A stretch of DNA of 64,000 nt from Leucoraja erinacea. Taxonomy: Eukaryota. The position numbers were made by a program, and so were the translations under genes. Shown here piece after piece: positions 1 through 12,300 of the stretch; within the stretch, counting starts at the first letter, position 1; each line of letters starts with the position of its first letter. The notes below the pieces were generated by a model, which saw only the letters and a list, made by a program, of their open reading frames with translations, was not told the origin of the DNA and searched no databases. The stretch lies in NCBI RefSeq assembly GCF_028641065.1, contig NC_073405.1, positions 20,460,001-20,524,000 of the forward strand. Direction: 5' to 3'.

Positions 1-268
1 ACTCGGAAAGCACCACAACTGCCCCACAGCAACCAGGGCAAGAAACACAACACCACCTTAAATGGTCTGACTAAAGGAGGAATTCAAGAGGAGTCATAGA
101 GTGATACAGTATGGAAACAGGCCCTTTGGCCATGCTTGACAAGCCAACCAACATGCCCCATTCACACTAGTCCCACCTAGCTACATTTGGCCCTTATCCT
201 TCTAAACCTATCATATCCATGTACCTGTCCAAATGTTTTTTAATGTTATGATCGAACCTGCCTCAACT

Positions 269-950
269 ATCCACTTTGATGGCAAAAACAGGAATGCAGA
301 CTATTATCTAAATGGTGGCCGATTAGGAAAAGGGGAGATGCAACGAGACCTGGGTGTCATGGTACACCAGTCATTGAAAGTAGGCATGCCGGTGCAGCAG
401 GCAGTGAAGAAAGCGAATGGTATGTTAGCTTTCATAGCAAAAGGATTTGAGTACAGAGAAGGTTCATCAGACTGATTCCTGGGATGTCAGGACTTTCTTA
501 TGAAGAAAGACTGGATAGATTTGGCTTATACTCGCTAGAATTTAGGAGATTGAGGGGGGATCTTATAGAAACTTACAAAATTCTTAAGGGGTTGGACAGG
601 CTAGATGCAGGAAGATTGTTCCCGATGTTGGGGAAGTCCAAGACAAGGGGTCACAGCTTAAGGATAAGGGGGAAACCCTTTAAGATCGAGATGAGAAAAA
701 CATTTTTCACAGAGTGGTGAATCTCTGGAACTCTCTGCCATAGACAGTAGTTGAGGCCAGTTCATTGGCTATATTTAAGAGGGAGTTAGATGTGGCCCTT
801 GTGGCTAAAGGGATCAGGGGTATGGAGAGAAGGCAGGTACGGGATACTGAGTTGGATGATCAGCCATGATCATATTGAATGGTGGTGCAGCATCGAAGGG
901 CCGAATGGCCTACTCCTGCAACTATTTTCTATGTATCTATGTAACTACCA
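269..950 (+). mobile_element. CR1-like LINE 3' fragment with an internal deletion
   Basis: RT C-terminus [29 protein letters not shown]; nearly identical to the 3' part of 44453-47270; CTATGT-type tail. Confidence 0.9.
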
Positions 951-3015
951 CCTATGGCAGCTCGTTCCATATAACCACCAGCCTCTGTATGAAAATGTTG
1001 CACCTCAGGTTCCTAATAAATATTTCCCCCCACACAAACCTATGTCCTCTGGTTCTCAATACTCTCCTCTGGGTAATAGGCTCTGAGCATTTACCCTATC
1101 CATTCCTCTCATGGTCTTGATATAAGATCACCCCTCATCCTCCTGCTCAACCTTCCTTTTGTTCAGGCATTCAAGTTCTGGCAACATCCTTGTAAATCTT
1201 CTCTCCATCCTTTTCAGCTTAGCTCAGAACTTTCCCATAACAGGGTGACCAAAGCTGAACACACTACTCCAGATGTGGCCTCACCAGTCCTGAACAGCTG
1301 TAACATAGCCTCCCAACTTCTATACAGTACCCTGACTGGTGAAGGCCAATATAACACCTTGACCATCCTACCTACCTGTGATGCCACTTTCAATGAACTA
1401 TGCACCTGCACTCCTAGAGATCTCCACTGTGTAGGTCCTGCCCTGGTTAGACTTGCCAAAATGCAACACATGCTTATCTGTATTAAACTCAATTATTCCT
1501 CAGCCAACCTGAGCAAGATCCTGCTGCAATTTTTGACCACCATTTTCGCTATCCACAATACCACTTTAGTATCATCTCAAACTTACCAATCGTGCCTAGT
1601 ATGTTCTCATCCAAATCATTGATATAGATGACAAAATAGTAATGGGCCCAGCACTGAACCCTGAGACACACCACTAGTCACAGGCCCCCAGTTCGAAAAA
1701 CAACCTCTCACTATCACTGTTTGCTTCTTCCCATTAAGCCAATTTTCCATCCAGTTGGCTAACTCTCCTTGGATCTTATGTAATCTAACTTTCCAGAGCA
1801 GCCTTCCATACGGATCCTTGTCAAATGCCTTGCTGAAATCAATACATTCTATGTCTACAACTCTGCCGTCACCATTTTGGTTGCATCTTCAAAATCTTCA
1901 TTATCTGTACATGTCTTTTTCCACAGTAAAAGCAGGAGAAATACTCATTGAGGGTCCACTCAGAGATGATTGCTTTAATCCCTGAGGGGCTCTATTCCCT
2001 CTCTGGTTACCTTTTTTCCCTTAATATACTTGCCATATCCTTGGTAGATGAGGTCAATGAGAACCCCAAGAGATTCTCTATTCTCTCCCTAGTTAAGAGC
2101 AAATGGATAACGAGGGAGAGAATACATCCCCTTAAGTGTCAGTATGGTCTTCTCTGTGTGGAACCATAGGACATGGGTGAGGTGTAGAATTAATATTTCC
2201 CATTTTTATTTACCATGGAGATCACAGAAGCCAGGAAATTCAGCTAATCTCCCAACCTATCGCCAATTCAGGGAAGAGAACAGTGGATGTCCTGAAATAT
2301 TATGACATTATGAAAGAGGAACAGCTAACAATCTTGAGGAAGATAAATCGCCAAAGCCTGACCAGGTGTATCCAGAGACGTCTTTGGAAGCCGGGGGAGA
2401 AATTGCTGGAGCCCAGGTAGATATTTGTACCTTCATTAGCCACGGCTGTGTTACCAGAAGACTGGAGGGTGGCTAATGTTGGGTATTCATTTGAGAAGGA
2501 CAACAAGGACAAATCAGGGGACTACAGGCCAGTGAGCCGAACGTCAGTGGTGGCAAAGGTACTGGAGGGATTCTGAGGGACAGGATTCATAGTGAAAGGC
2601 AAGAGTTGATTAGGGACAGTCAGCATGTGTGTGGCAAGAATGTTGACAAGGGAAGATGTTGGCTTCATGAACCTTAGCAAGGCTATTGACAAGGTTTGGA
2701 TTTATGTCATCTTTTTGTTTTTGATTTTCAGTCATATCTTAGAAAAAATGCTTGAATAAGTCAGATACTCCACTGGTCACACCCTCAAAGAACTCCAGAA
2801 GATGTCAGGCATTTTGTTTTTCAGAAATCTATGTTAAATCTACTCAATCCCATTCAATTTTCCATGGTATTCATTATAGAAGCCAGCATTTTCCATATCA
2901 CTAACATTAAACCAATAGGTTGCTAGTTCACATTTTCTATTCCTGCCCATTCTTAAATAACGGGGTCATATTTGCTACTCTTCATTCTACAGAAAGAATT
3001 CTAGAACCTGTAGAA
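950..3015. mobile_element. Cluster of older degenerate CR1-like fragments in both orientations
   Basis: Broken RT motifs (LGVQVHSSLKVASQV; CCAGAAGACTGGAGGGTGGCTAATG; ACTACAGGCCAGTGAGC). Confidence 0.7.
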
Positions 3016-3023
3016 TTCTGGAA

Positions 3024-3600
3024 GGGTGGCACAGTGGTCGAGTTGCTGGCTTTCAGCGCCAGATGCGAGTTCAATCTTGACTACGGGTGCTGTCTGCATG
3101 AAGTTTGTACATAGCCTGTGACCACATGGGTTTTCTTTGGGTGCTCCAATTTCCCCACACACTCCAAAGATGGTAATGTCGGGATGATCACTGGTCAGCA
3201 TAGACATCGGTAAGATTTGGCTGGACAAATAAGATTTCTCATGGCATCACACCACATAGTTCAAGAATATAAAATACTGGATCTTTTATTTAAGTTGTTA
3301 CATGACATCACATTCCATGCCAGTTGATAAAGGAAAGCATGCTGTATGCAAGGCCTCTCAGTTCATCAACAATCTCCAATGACCTATGATTCAGGGGCAG
3401 CACAGTTGCACAGCTTAGAGGTTTTGCCACATAGCAGAGACCTGGATTCGATCATGACTTCAGGTGTGTGGAGTTTGCAAATTATCCCAGTGACTTCCAG
3501 ATGCTTCGATTTCTTTCCACATCCCCAAAACATGCAGATTTGCAGGTTAATTGAAACAGCCGCTATTGTGTATGAAGCGGATACAAAAGTGAGGTAATAT
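3024..3600 (+). mobile_element. Two degenerate tRNA-derived V-SINE-like copies (~3024-3215 and ~3392-3600)
   Basis: GGCACAGTGG A-box-like head, GTTCAATC/ATTCGATC B-box-like motif, GGAGTTTG central domain. Confidence 0.6.
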
Positions 3601-6119
3601 GGCAGTGTTGGTCACAGGTTCGGCAGGTGACCGAGTGAACAATTTCAGAGCATTTTGCAGATGATACATGCTACCAATTGAATGACCCAAAAATAGGGTC
3701 GGAGTCTGAGAGATTATAATGTAGGATATGGCCTGCTTCTGGTTAGTTAGGCTGTGTTTTTAAGTGAAGGGGAGATGCTAAGTTTGTGGGAAAAGTGTAA
3801 TGCAGCAATAGGAGGTAGGCAGTGAGGGAAGCAGCTAAACACATGGCATGTGCACACTTAAACATCACTAACTGGAAATGGTTGAGATAGAGCTCCTTCT
3901 CAGTGCATGGCCCTCATAAATGATTTGCATTCCACATTTATCCCATCCTGAAAAATACCTAACCAATTCATGGCAATGTATTCATAAGTTAAATGGAGTC
4001 CCATTGATATTTTAATTAATGGGATTATTACAGAGGCAGTGGAACACGATGGGAGCGGCACGTCATGCAGACTTTCCTTCAGGAAACCCGTGATCAGTGT
4101 AGTGCTTTTTCAGATTGCACAAACTCTTCATTTGGAGTTCCCCATTGCCTCGAGTACAGGGGATCCCCAGGTTACAAGTGACCCGGCTTCAGAAGCACGG
4201 ACTTTACATTAATTTACCAGTTTTTAAAAAAACATTTTTTGAGCTAGTACTGTTCTATAGACATACAGCATAGTAACCGGCCTTTATAGCCAACTCTACC
4301 ATTCAAACAAAAAAGCCTCAGCTAACCAAATAATACTTGCCCATACTTGATCTACTTCCCTCCAACTATTTCCATATCCATTAATTGTTCCATAGGTTCC
4401 TATTACATCTTTCCCCTCACCTTAAACTCTCTAATTCTTGATTCCACAATCCTGGGATAAAGATTGTGCCTATTTATTCCCCTCGTGATTTTTAGACCTA
4501 CATAAAATTACCCCTCAGCCTCCCGTGCTCCAAGGAATAAACTCCCAACAAGTCCAACCTTTCCCTATAGCTCTGGCTCACGAGTCCTGGCAACCTTCTT
4601 ATGAATCTTGTTATTCATAAATGAGTGCATACAGCATTCATTCCACTAACTTAATTATGGATGGCGTTAGGGTGATTATTCAATGAAATAATTGTAGCAA
4701 ATGTATGTTTAGTGGGATATGGGCAGCTATTGCAAAAGTTCATTCTGATAAGGGTTCTCAGGAACAGAACATTTGTGTAACTGAGGGACTGCCTTATGCT
4801 GCAAATTCTCAGCTGACAATAAATACAAAGTTCTGGAGTAGGGACAGACATGACTCTCACAGAATCTATAACAATGATCAAGTATACGGAAATACTTAAA
4901 TAAATTAGAGTATGCTGGAAATAGCATCCGTAAAACAACTTTTTTTTTGCACTTCCCAATCCCGATGAAGGGTGTAAGATCCCAAAGCTAACTGTTCATC
5001 TTTCCACAAATGCTGATTGCAACATTGTTTTTAAATGCTGTGTGGAATGTTTTAAAATGTCACATGATTTGGATTGTAACTAACAATATTGGCAGCAGGT
5101 TCAATAGTGAAATACAGAGGAGTGGGACCAACTGGATGCCTTCCCAAGAAGGTATGGGCAGTAGATTAATGAATGGGTGATGAATTAAGTGGACAGTAAA
5201 CCGAGGACACACAGAATGCCCTCAATCCTTTTACTCCTTTTCTGTCATTTACAACGGGCTCAGAACCAACCCTGCTTAAGAATTGCTTAGGATAGCAGAT
5301 CCAACGACAAAGGAATGCACAAGAAAATGATGAGCACGTGCAAAAAAAAGTTAGAACTTCTAACATCAATTATATAGTTGATATGTAGAAATAAGGGATT
5401 GTATGGATTACAAAGTGCTGGGGTAACTCAGCATCCCTGGAGAACATAGATAAGTGACATTTAGTGTCAGGTCCCATCTTCAGACAGTTTGGCAGCTGGA
5501 CTATTGGATGCCATTCCAAGTAACATTCCAATATTTTTCCTTCTTTCAACGTTACACTAAGACATTAAATTTCTCAGCATACCCAATGAGTGGGGTGGGG
5601 AGTGCAGGAACCAGGGCCGTTGCAATCGAAGGACAAAGATCTACATCTGCTTAGGTGGGCTAAGCAAGCTCCCATTGCTACCCAGAAATGAATTTCATAA
5701 CAATGCACACATTCCAGTTGAGACATGCAAGTTCCAGGTGCAAAATGTTACAACCCATCTGTTCCTCCCGTGGATATTCTGTGAATTTGGCCGAATCACA
5801 GCCAGATGCCAACCTGCAATTGACCAGAACTATTCCACACTGAACTGGCCAGCGAGGTATGTATGTGTAGGACATGGGGCATTCGTGCAGAGTTATACTG
5901 AGGGAGGAAGGGAAAGAAAAGAGAAGTTCTCATTTTAAAGAACACTGCAACTTTAGGACAAGTTGAACTAGAACTAAAATGTAACAGAGAAGCAATCAAG
6001 TGAAAACAGAAAACCACTTACAGAGAAACAGCGATGCAATTTTCCACACTGGGGCGGTTAAATTAAGCCCTTAGTAGCTGTGATGAGAGTTACAAACAAT
6101 AGGTAAGCTGAAACATTTA

Positions 6120-6181
6120 GATAAAGAAACAGCAACCAGACACAAAAAAGGTCAGAAAAATAAAGAATGAAGCAGTTTATT
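6120..6181 (-). terminator. PTBP1 polyadenylation signal and GU-rich downstream element
   Basis: AATAAA (6181-6176) followed by TTTTTTGTGTCTGGTTGCTGTTTCTTT. Confidence 0.7.
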
Positions 6182-9100
6182 GAAGTAGTACTACATTGGC
6201 CAGAGCTGTTAATGGTAGTAAAAGAAAATTGCATAATCTGAAACGGTGTACACTGGTGAATGCATTCATACAGCTACAAATTCATTAGAAAATTATTTTA
6301 ATCTTCTTTGCATTACAAACATTTCTTCTCAATAGAAGAGGAATTGTTTTCTGAAAAACCCTTTTACATATGAAACCTGACAGCTGTTTTTTTTTAATCA
6401 AAATATACAAGACAATGCTTCCATATAAAAACCGGTTTTGTTCCCCATAGCCTCTCTCGGTAAAAAAAGTTATGAATATTTACACCTTTTTCAAACATTC
6501 TTTACAGCTGGAAAGAGGGAATATTTCTTTGAAGAAACCAAGGACAAAAATAATGGTGGTGTATTTTTGTCTCTGAAAGCTGAATACGTTCAGTAAACAG
6601 CATATAAACAGGAACAAAGGTTGAATCCACTAAACATACAGCCACCATTCTAGGTGCACAATGCAATATTACAATCATATTTGAGGGCTAGAGGAGGAAT
6701 TGTAAAATGTGAAGAACTAAGACTTCAGAAGGCACAACAACTTTGGTCCATGAAACCCTGAAAACAAAACGCTAAAAATCCATTAAGGAGTTGACATGCG
6801 TCACTGAACAATATTTCTTTAAAATAAGCTATTGCTCATAAACAGTTTAGGCACAAGATGAATGTGGTCATTAATGAACACTCATACAAAGAATTAGTCC
6901 AAAGCACAAATGTTCATGTTATGACTCCAGCATTTTGCCCGTATTATGGAATGTTTGGGAAGTGGATTTGAAGTTTTTCTCTTCACTAATTACAAGGAAA
7001 AGCAGATGGTTACATTTTGACAACAGGAAAACCATCACTGGTTCACAGGTCATTTGAATCCAAGTGCTAAGAAACCCGTTTTCAGTCGTGGACAGCTTAA
7101 GATTATGACCATTTCAATTAAAGCGATAGGACTCTGTACATGCCAAAAGGGCTTGTAAATGCCACAAAACCACTCCCACCAATCTCCTCCCCCCCCCCCA
7201 TCAAGCAAAGTCCTTAACTATCCAAAAATAAAAATCGCAGCAAAGTGTTGTAGCACTTCAGTGTGATAGCACTGTATAACTAGGCTCATACATCCAACCT
7301 GACAGGCATGCAATTTCCAGATCATACAAGCCAGTCTTGTAAAAAGAATATCAAGAGAAGTAAAGGTCTTGCAGACATGTTGATAACTCACTGGGAAACC
7401 ATTGGTCTGTTTTTAGATGAGCAAATGGAACATCCTCCTAGCTACCCCACATCACCATTCAGCCTTCTACCATTCAGAAGAAAAAAACCCACCTCCCCTT
7501 CCCACTTGCTTTACTTTGTTAGTAACCTGAAGGAAATTTCGGGTAACAAATGTTTGATTGTACTCAAAAATATTTACCAAATGAACAACAGCACAGAGCC
7601 AAAACCAATGCATGCGAGGCCAACAGCCACCTTGTGCACCAGCTGAAGACTCAAGTACTGTAGTGAGCACTTAGTAATAGGAACCTCTTTGACAATGCTG
7701 TACTCATGCATAAGGGAACAATGCAGGATAAAAATGGAATGAAATATTGAGTGGTAAAAAGACAAATTGATAGAACTAATGTAGAGCAAAAATAAAATGA
7801 AAGCAATTTACCAAATACAGCAAAAACAAACTGCACACCATGTCAGCTATTCGGCTGATTTCACAAATTAATCAGCAGGTGTCAGAGCACACTGCAGACA
7901 ACTGACACCACACCAGGTCTACTCACAATGCAGGTGTAAAGAGCAGAAATTTCAGCTCAAAAATGATATAAAAAAAAAAAAATCTAAGATACAAGGTAGA
8001 AAATACACATTCTATGGATTAAGATAATAAAACACACCCCAGCTATAAAATACAGATAGATATTGAATATAGAAGGCAACAAGCTTAGGCCATTCAAAAT
8101 TGGGACTGTTCCTGGTTACCAGACGGACCTTTTTCTTTTTGCAAAGGCAGAGTAATACAATTTCCTCCTGGATGGTCACCATTAACTAAGACTACTGACA
8201 CAATCAAGTGTGAAGGCTACAACTCGCACCCTTAACATAGGCTTGGAAATGCATATGGAATGAGCAAAAAAAAGCTACCCTTACCCGATTACATTAATAT
8301 CCATCCAATTACTTGCCCTGTGCCTTTACTCTAGGGTTTCATTCAGTGACATGCAACAGAACACATAAGATAATTATTTTCTGAAAAGGCCACAACATGT
8401 CAGTTGTACTTGCCATGTCTGAACCAAAAAAATCAACCTGCAAATTGAGAAATGCAGCTCATAGTCTGTAGCAACTCTCACATCTACACTGCTTCAATCT
8501 GTTAAACATACTCAACATACCAGAGGTTGGATGGATAGGACTGCAAACTAGTAACTTTGGATTCAATGGTTAATTTAAGGCTAATACAGTTCAAACCTAC
8601 AGCTTCTTCCCACCCACCCCTGTCCTTAGGGCAGTGGCAACATTTGAGTAAACAGGCAGCAAAAATTGCTTTAACTTTAAAGCACATAACCAGAAACAGA
8701 TGTACAATTTTAAAATGGCCCTTGTTTCATTAAGACATTAAGGCACAGAATAATTATTTAAATGAAAATATGCTTAAATTATCCACACTTCTGTATTATA
8801 GTGGTATGGATACCCAAGGGTAATGGGTTGAGGGTGATTACAAAATTCAAAAAGGTTTAGTATACAACCTGAAGTTAGGTTCAGCGGTGGGTAATCCAAG
8901 AAAAATATTTGGATTTTGTAAACTTTTGGAAGAATTTCAAATGCCAAACAGCAACATTAGCACAAGCCAATCAATGAAATCTAACTGGGGTTGGCAGCAC
9001 TGCTACCGAAAAAACAGGATGTCATTGCAGTAAACATGCAAAATATTCTCGAAAATAAAGAATTGTGGTCACTTTTGGGTCATTTTCAGCTGCAGCTGTT

Positions 9101-9193
9101 TTGAGGTCTAGTGGTATCTCTGAAATAAGAGAATCATTGTGCCATAGGCCAAACGGGACTCCAGGAGATAGCTGGAAGTCCATGTTCAGAACT
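6155..9193 (-). other. PTBP1: PTBP1 3'UTR (~3 kb, predicted)
   Basis: AU-rich tract with no recognisable repeats between the stop codon and AATAAA at 6181-6176; carries several miRNA seed matches. Confidence 0.7.
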
Positions 9194-9326
9194 TCAAATA
9201 GTGGACTTGGAGAAGGAGACTCTGAGGTGGTGGTTTTCCCCAAGATCATGATTATGAAGATCAATAAGAGCTTGGATTGCATCTTCCACTGAACTCATCT
9301 GGATGAGAGCCATCTTGCGATCCTTC
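9194..9326 (-). CDS. PTBP1: PTBP1 exon 15 coding part
   Basis: [46 protein letters not shown]. Confidence 0.94.
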
Positions 9327-12300
9327 CTACAATTACAAGCAAACAAAATTTCAATAACAGCACAGCCAAAATGCATGACCACACAGAATTGAATAAAAAA
9401 TGATCACTGGATTTTTTTATTTTTTTTTTAAATGCAACTCACTGGAAGAACTTGAATGCCTTGACCATGCCTGTCGTTGTGGAGAAGAGCATCTTGAGAT
9501 CCTCTTCAGTAACTGAAGGTCTGGAAAGAAACAGACAATGAGAATCCCGCTGTTAGTCAAAGATAAGAGCAGTCAGTCAACCTGTATTACCAGCCATGCC
9601 CAAACACTGTTTCAAACCAGGTGTCCAAAAAGCCCTGCAAAAGTTGGACACCAAAAACTCCAGCAAATAAGCCTCATCAATTGTTAAATGCAGACAGAAA
9701 TCAAAGTGCAACAGCAATAGCGGCCATACTTTAGGCTTTATTGCCCAAGAAGACATGCACTGCAAACAGTTACTGGGTCTCTTTTCAAAGATGACTTCTC
9801 CCGACAATGCATCTGTGAAGGTAATGTCAGCTAACATTTCACAGGTATTACAGCAGGGAAGCTGTTGGTGCACAAGTTGTCATTCCATGTAACACGTTAC
9901 AAGTTGCAAAGAAAATTGTGAAGGCAAGAGCAGGAATCTCAGACACAAAATCTATGAGGTGTAACAGATTCGCCAACAATAATTGATCATTTAAGATTCA
10001 ATTATCAGATTCAAAAAAAAATTCAGTTTGTAGGGAGAGGATAGGGGAATGGGCTAGCTGGACTCTTACATAAAACCAGCATGAACAACGTACCAATTTC
10101 TCCCATCTGTGATTTTGTAAGGTGCTTGCGAAGAGGAGACTTTGCACTGCTAAGCTGATTCAAGGAACACAACTTAGGAAAAACATTCCGATATCGATTG
10201 TTTTCCCTTTAAAACTAATAAAATGCGTGGCAACAGAATATTTCAAATAACTGACCAGACCCAAAGTTTCACCTCCAAACAAAATGCAATACCAAACTTG
10301 CAAAACAACCACACTTACGGAATATTGGAGAGATGAAGGGTGGCAGAAGGAGGAAAGATGTTTTGGAAATTCTTTGATCCAGGTTTCTTAAAACGATGCA
10401 GTGGTGAGCTGCTGTAGTCCTTGGTCAATCCCTGGTCCTCCTGGCCCTCACGGGGAAGCTGTACTGTCTGGTGCTTGGACATGGTCACACGCATCGCCTT
10501 CCCGTGAAGCCTCTGACCATTTAAATGGCTCATAGCTAGGGAAAAGACCAATCAATTGAAGTCAACTTGAGACACAGTTGGCATCAACATATCAGAGTTA
10601 GAATGGACCAAACAAAGGGAGAGAAAACAGAATTGCAACGAGGTAGCCTGACATTAGTAGAAACATTGCTGGGGTCTTTGAAGAAAATCAGGAAGAAACA
10701 ATGAAAATAAACAGGTCATCTTCAGTTTTTAAAAGGGGGTGAGGAGGAAAGAGTGTTCTTGAACAAGCGTGCAGAAAGAAGACACGGACTCCTTTGTCTC
10801 CAGCTGAAGTAGTGATTTACAAGACCCAGTGCCTGGGATGTATTGTGCATTTGCCCAAGAAGGTGCATACAAATAGAAAGCCAGTATTACAAAAGGAAAT
10901 TTAAACAAAACTATAGATGGAAACTTAGCAGGTCATGTTACACCAGGTTGAAGACCAGAGAGATCTGTTCTGTTTCAAGTCTCATGATCTTACTGGCATA
11001 GTAGGCACAAGGGACCGGATTACTTCCTACTTTTTTTCCGTCTGGGTAGTTCTGCTACAACAAGATAGTTGCATTCCTAGGAAACCCCGGGTTAAAGATA
11101 ATTGTGTTATGAAACCAAGTGTCCACCAGGAAAGGTGGTATGGGGCGAGAGTTTCAGACTCAATCACATTCTCCCCCACCCGTTTGCAGGATTTTTTTTT
11201 TAAAGTTCCTTTTAATGGTTGCGTTTAGTTTTTATATATTGTAGGGCAAAAATACTAAAACGTCATTTGTACCACTACACAGCTATCAATAGAAGCAATA
11301 TTGAATCAATTTAAACCATCTCCTGCAGTGAAAGCAGCTGTGTTCTTAAGAGACAATGGTGTCTGAATATTGCAGGGAACAATAATTATAAATTATATTA
11401 TAACCAAATAGACCAGCATAATGCAAATAGTGTTCTCCTAATTCATCAATTATATTATATCCAATTTGTGTTGTGGAACTATAGGTTTAAAGCAGGACTA
11501 CTTTGTAGCAGTCTCTTGAAGAGTCTCTTGCTCAAAATAAATGTAGAAGCAAACCAGAGGGAATTGTGGCTTAATAGAAACATAGAACATAGGTGCAGGA
11601 GTAGGCCATTCGGCCCTTCGAGATTGCACCGCCATTTGATATGATCATGGCTGATCATCCAACTCAGTATCCCATCCCTGCCTTCTCTCCATACCCCCTG
11701 ATCCCTTTAGCCACAAGGGCCACATCTAACTCCCTCTTAAATATAGCCAATGAACAGGCCTCAACTACCTTCTGTTGCAGAGAATTCCACAGATTCACCA
11801 CTCTCTGTGTAAAAAATGATTTCCTCATCTCGGTCCTAAAAGTCTTCCCTCTTATCCTTAAACTGTGACCCCCTAGTTCTGGACTTCCCCAACATCGGGA
11901 ATAATCTTCCTGCATCTAGCCTGTCCAAACGCTTAAGAATTTTGTAAGTTTCTATAAGATCCCCCCTCAGTCTTCTGAATTCCAACGTGTACAAGCCAAG
12001 TCTATCCAGTCTTTCCTCATATGAAAGCCCTGCCATCCCAGGAATCGGTCTGGTGAACCTTCTCTGTACTCCCTCTATGGCAAGAACGTCTTTCCTCAGA
12101 TTAGGAGACCAAAACTGTACGCAATACTCCAGGTGTTGTCTCACCAAGACCCTGTACAACTGCAGTAGAACCTCCCTGCTCCTATACTCAAATCCTTTTG
12201 CTATGAATGCTAACATACCATTAATGCATGCTAATCATGTATTTTATAAACAAGGGGAAAATATAAAATTAGAGCAAAATAGGATTCAGATCTTTGTTGA

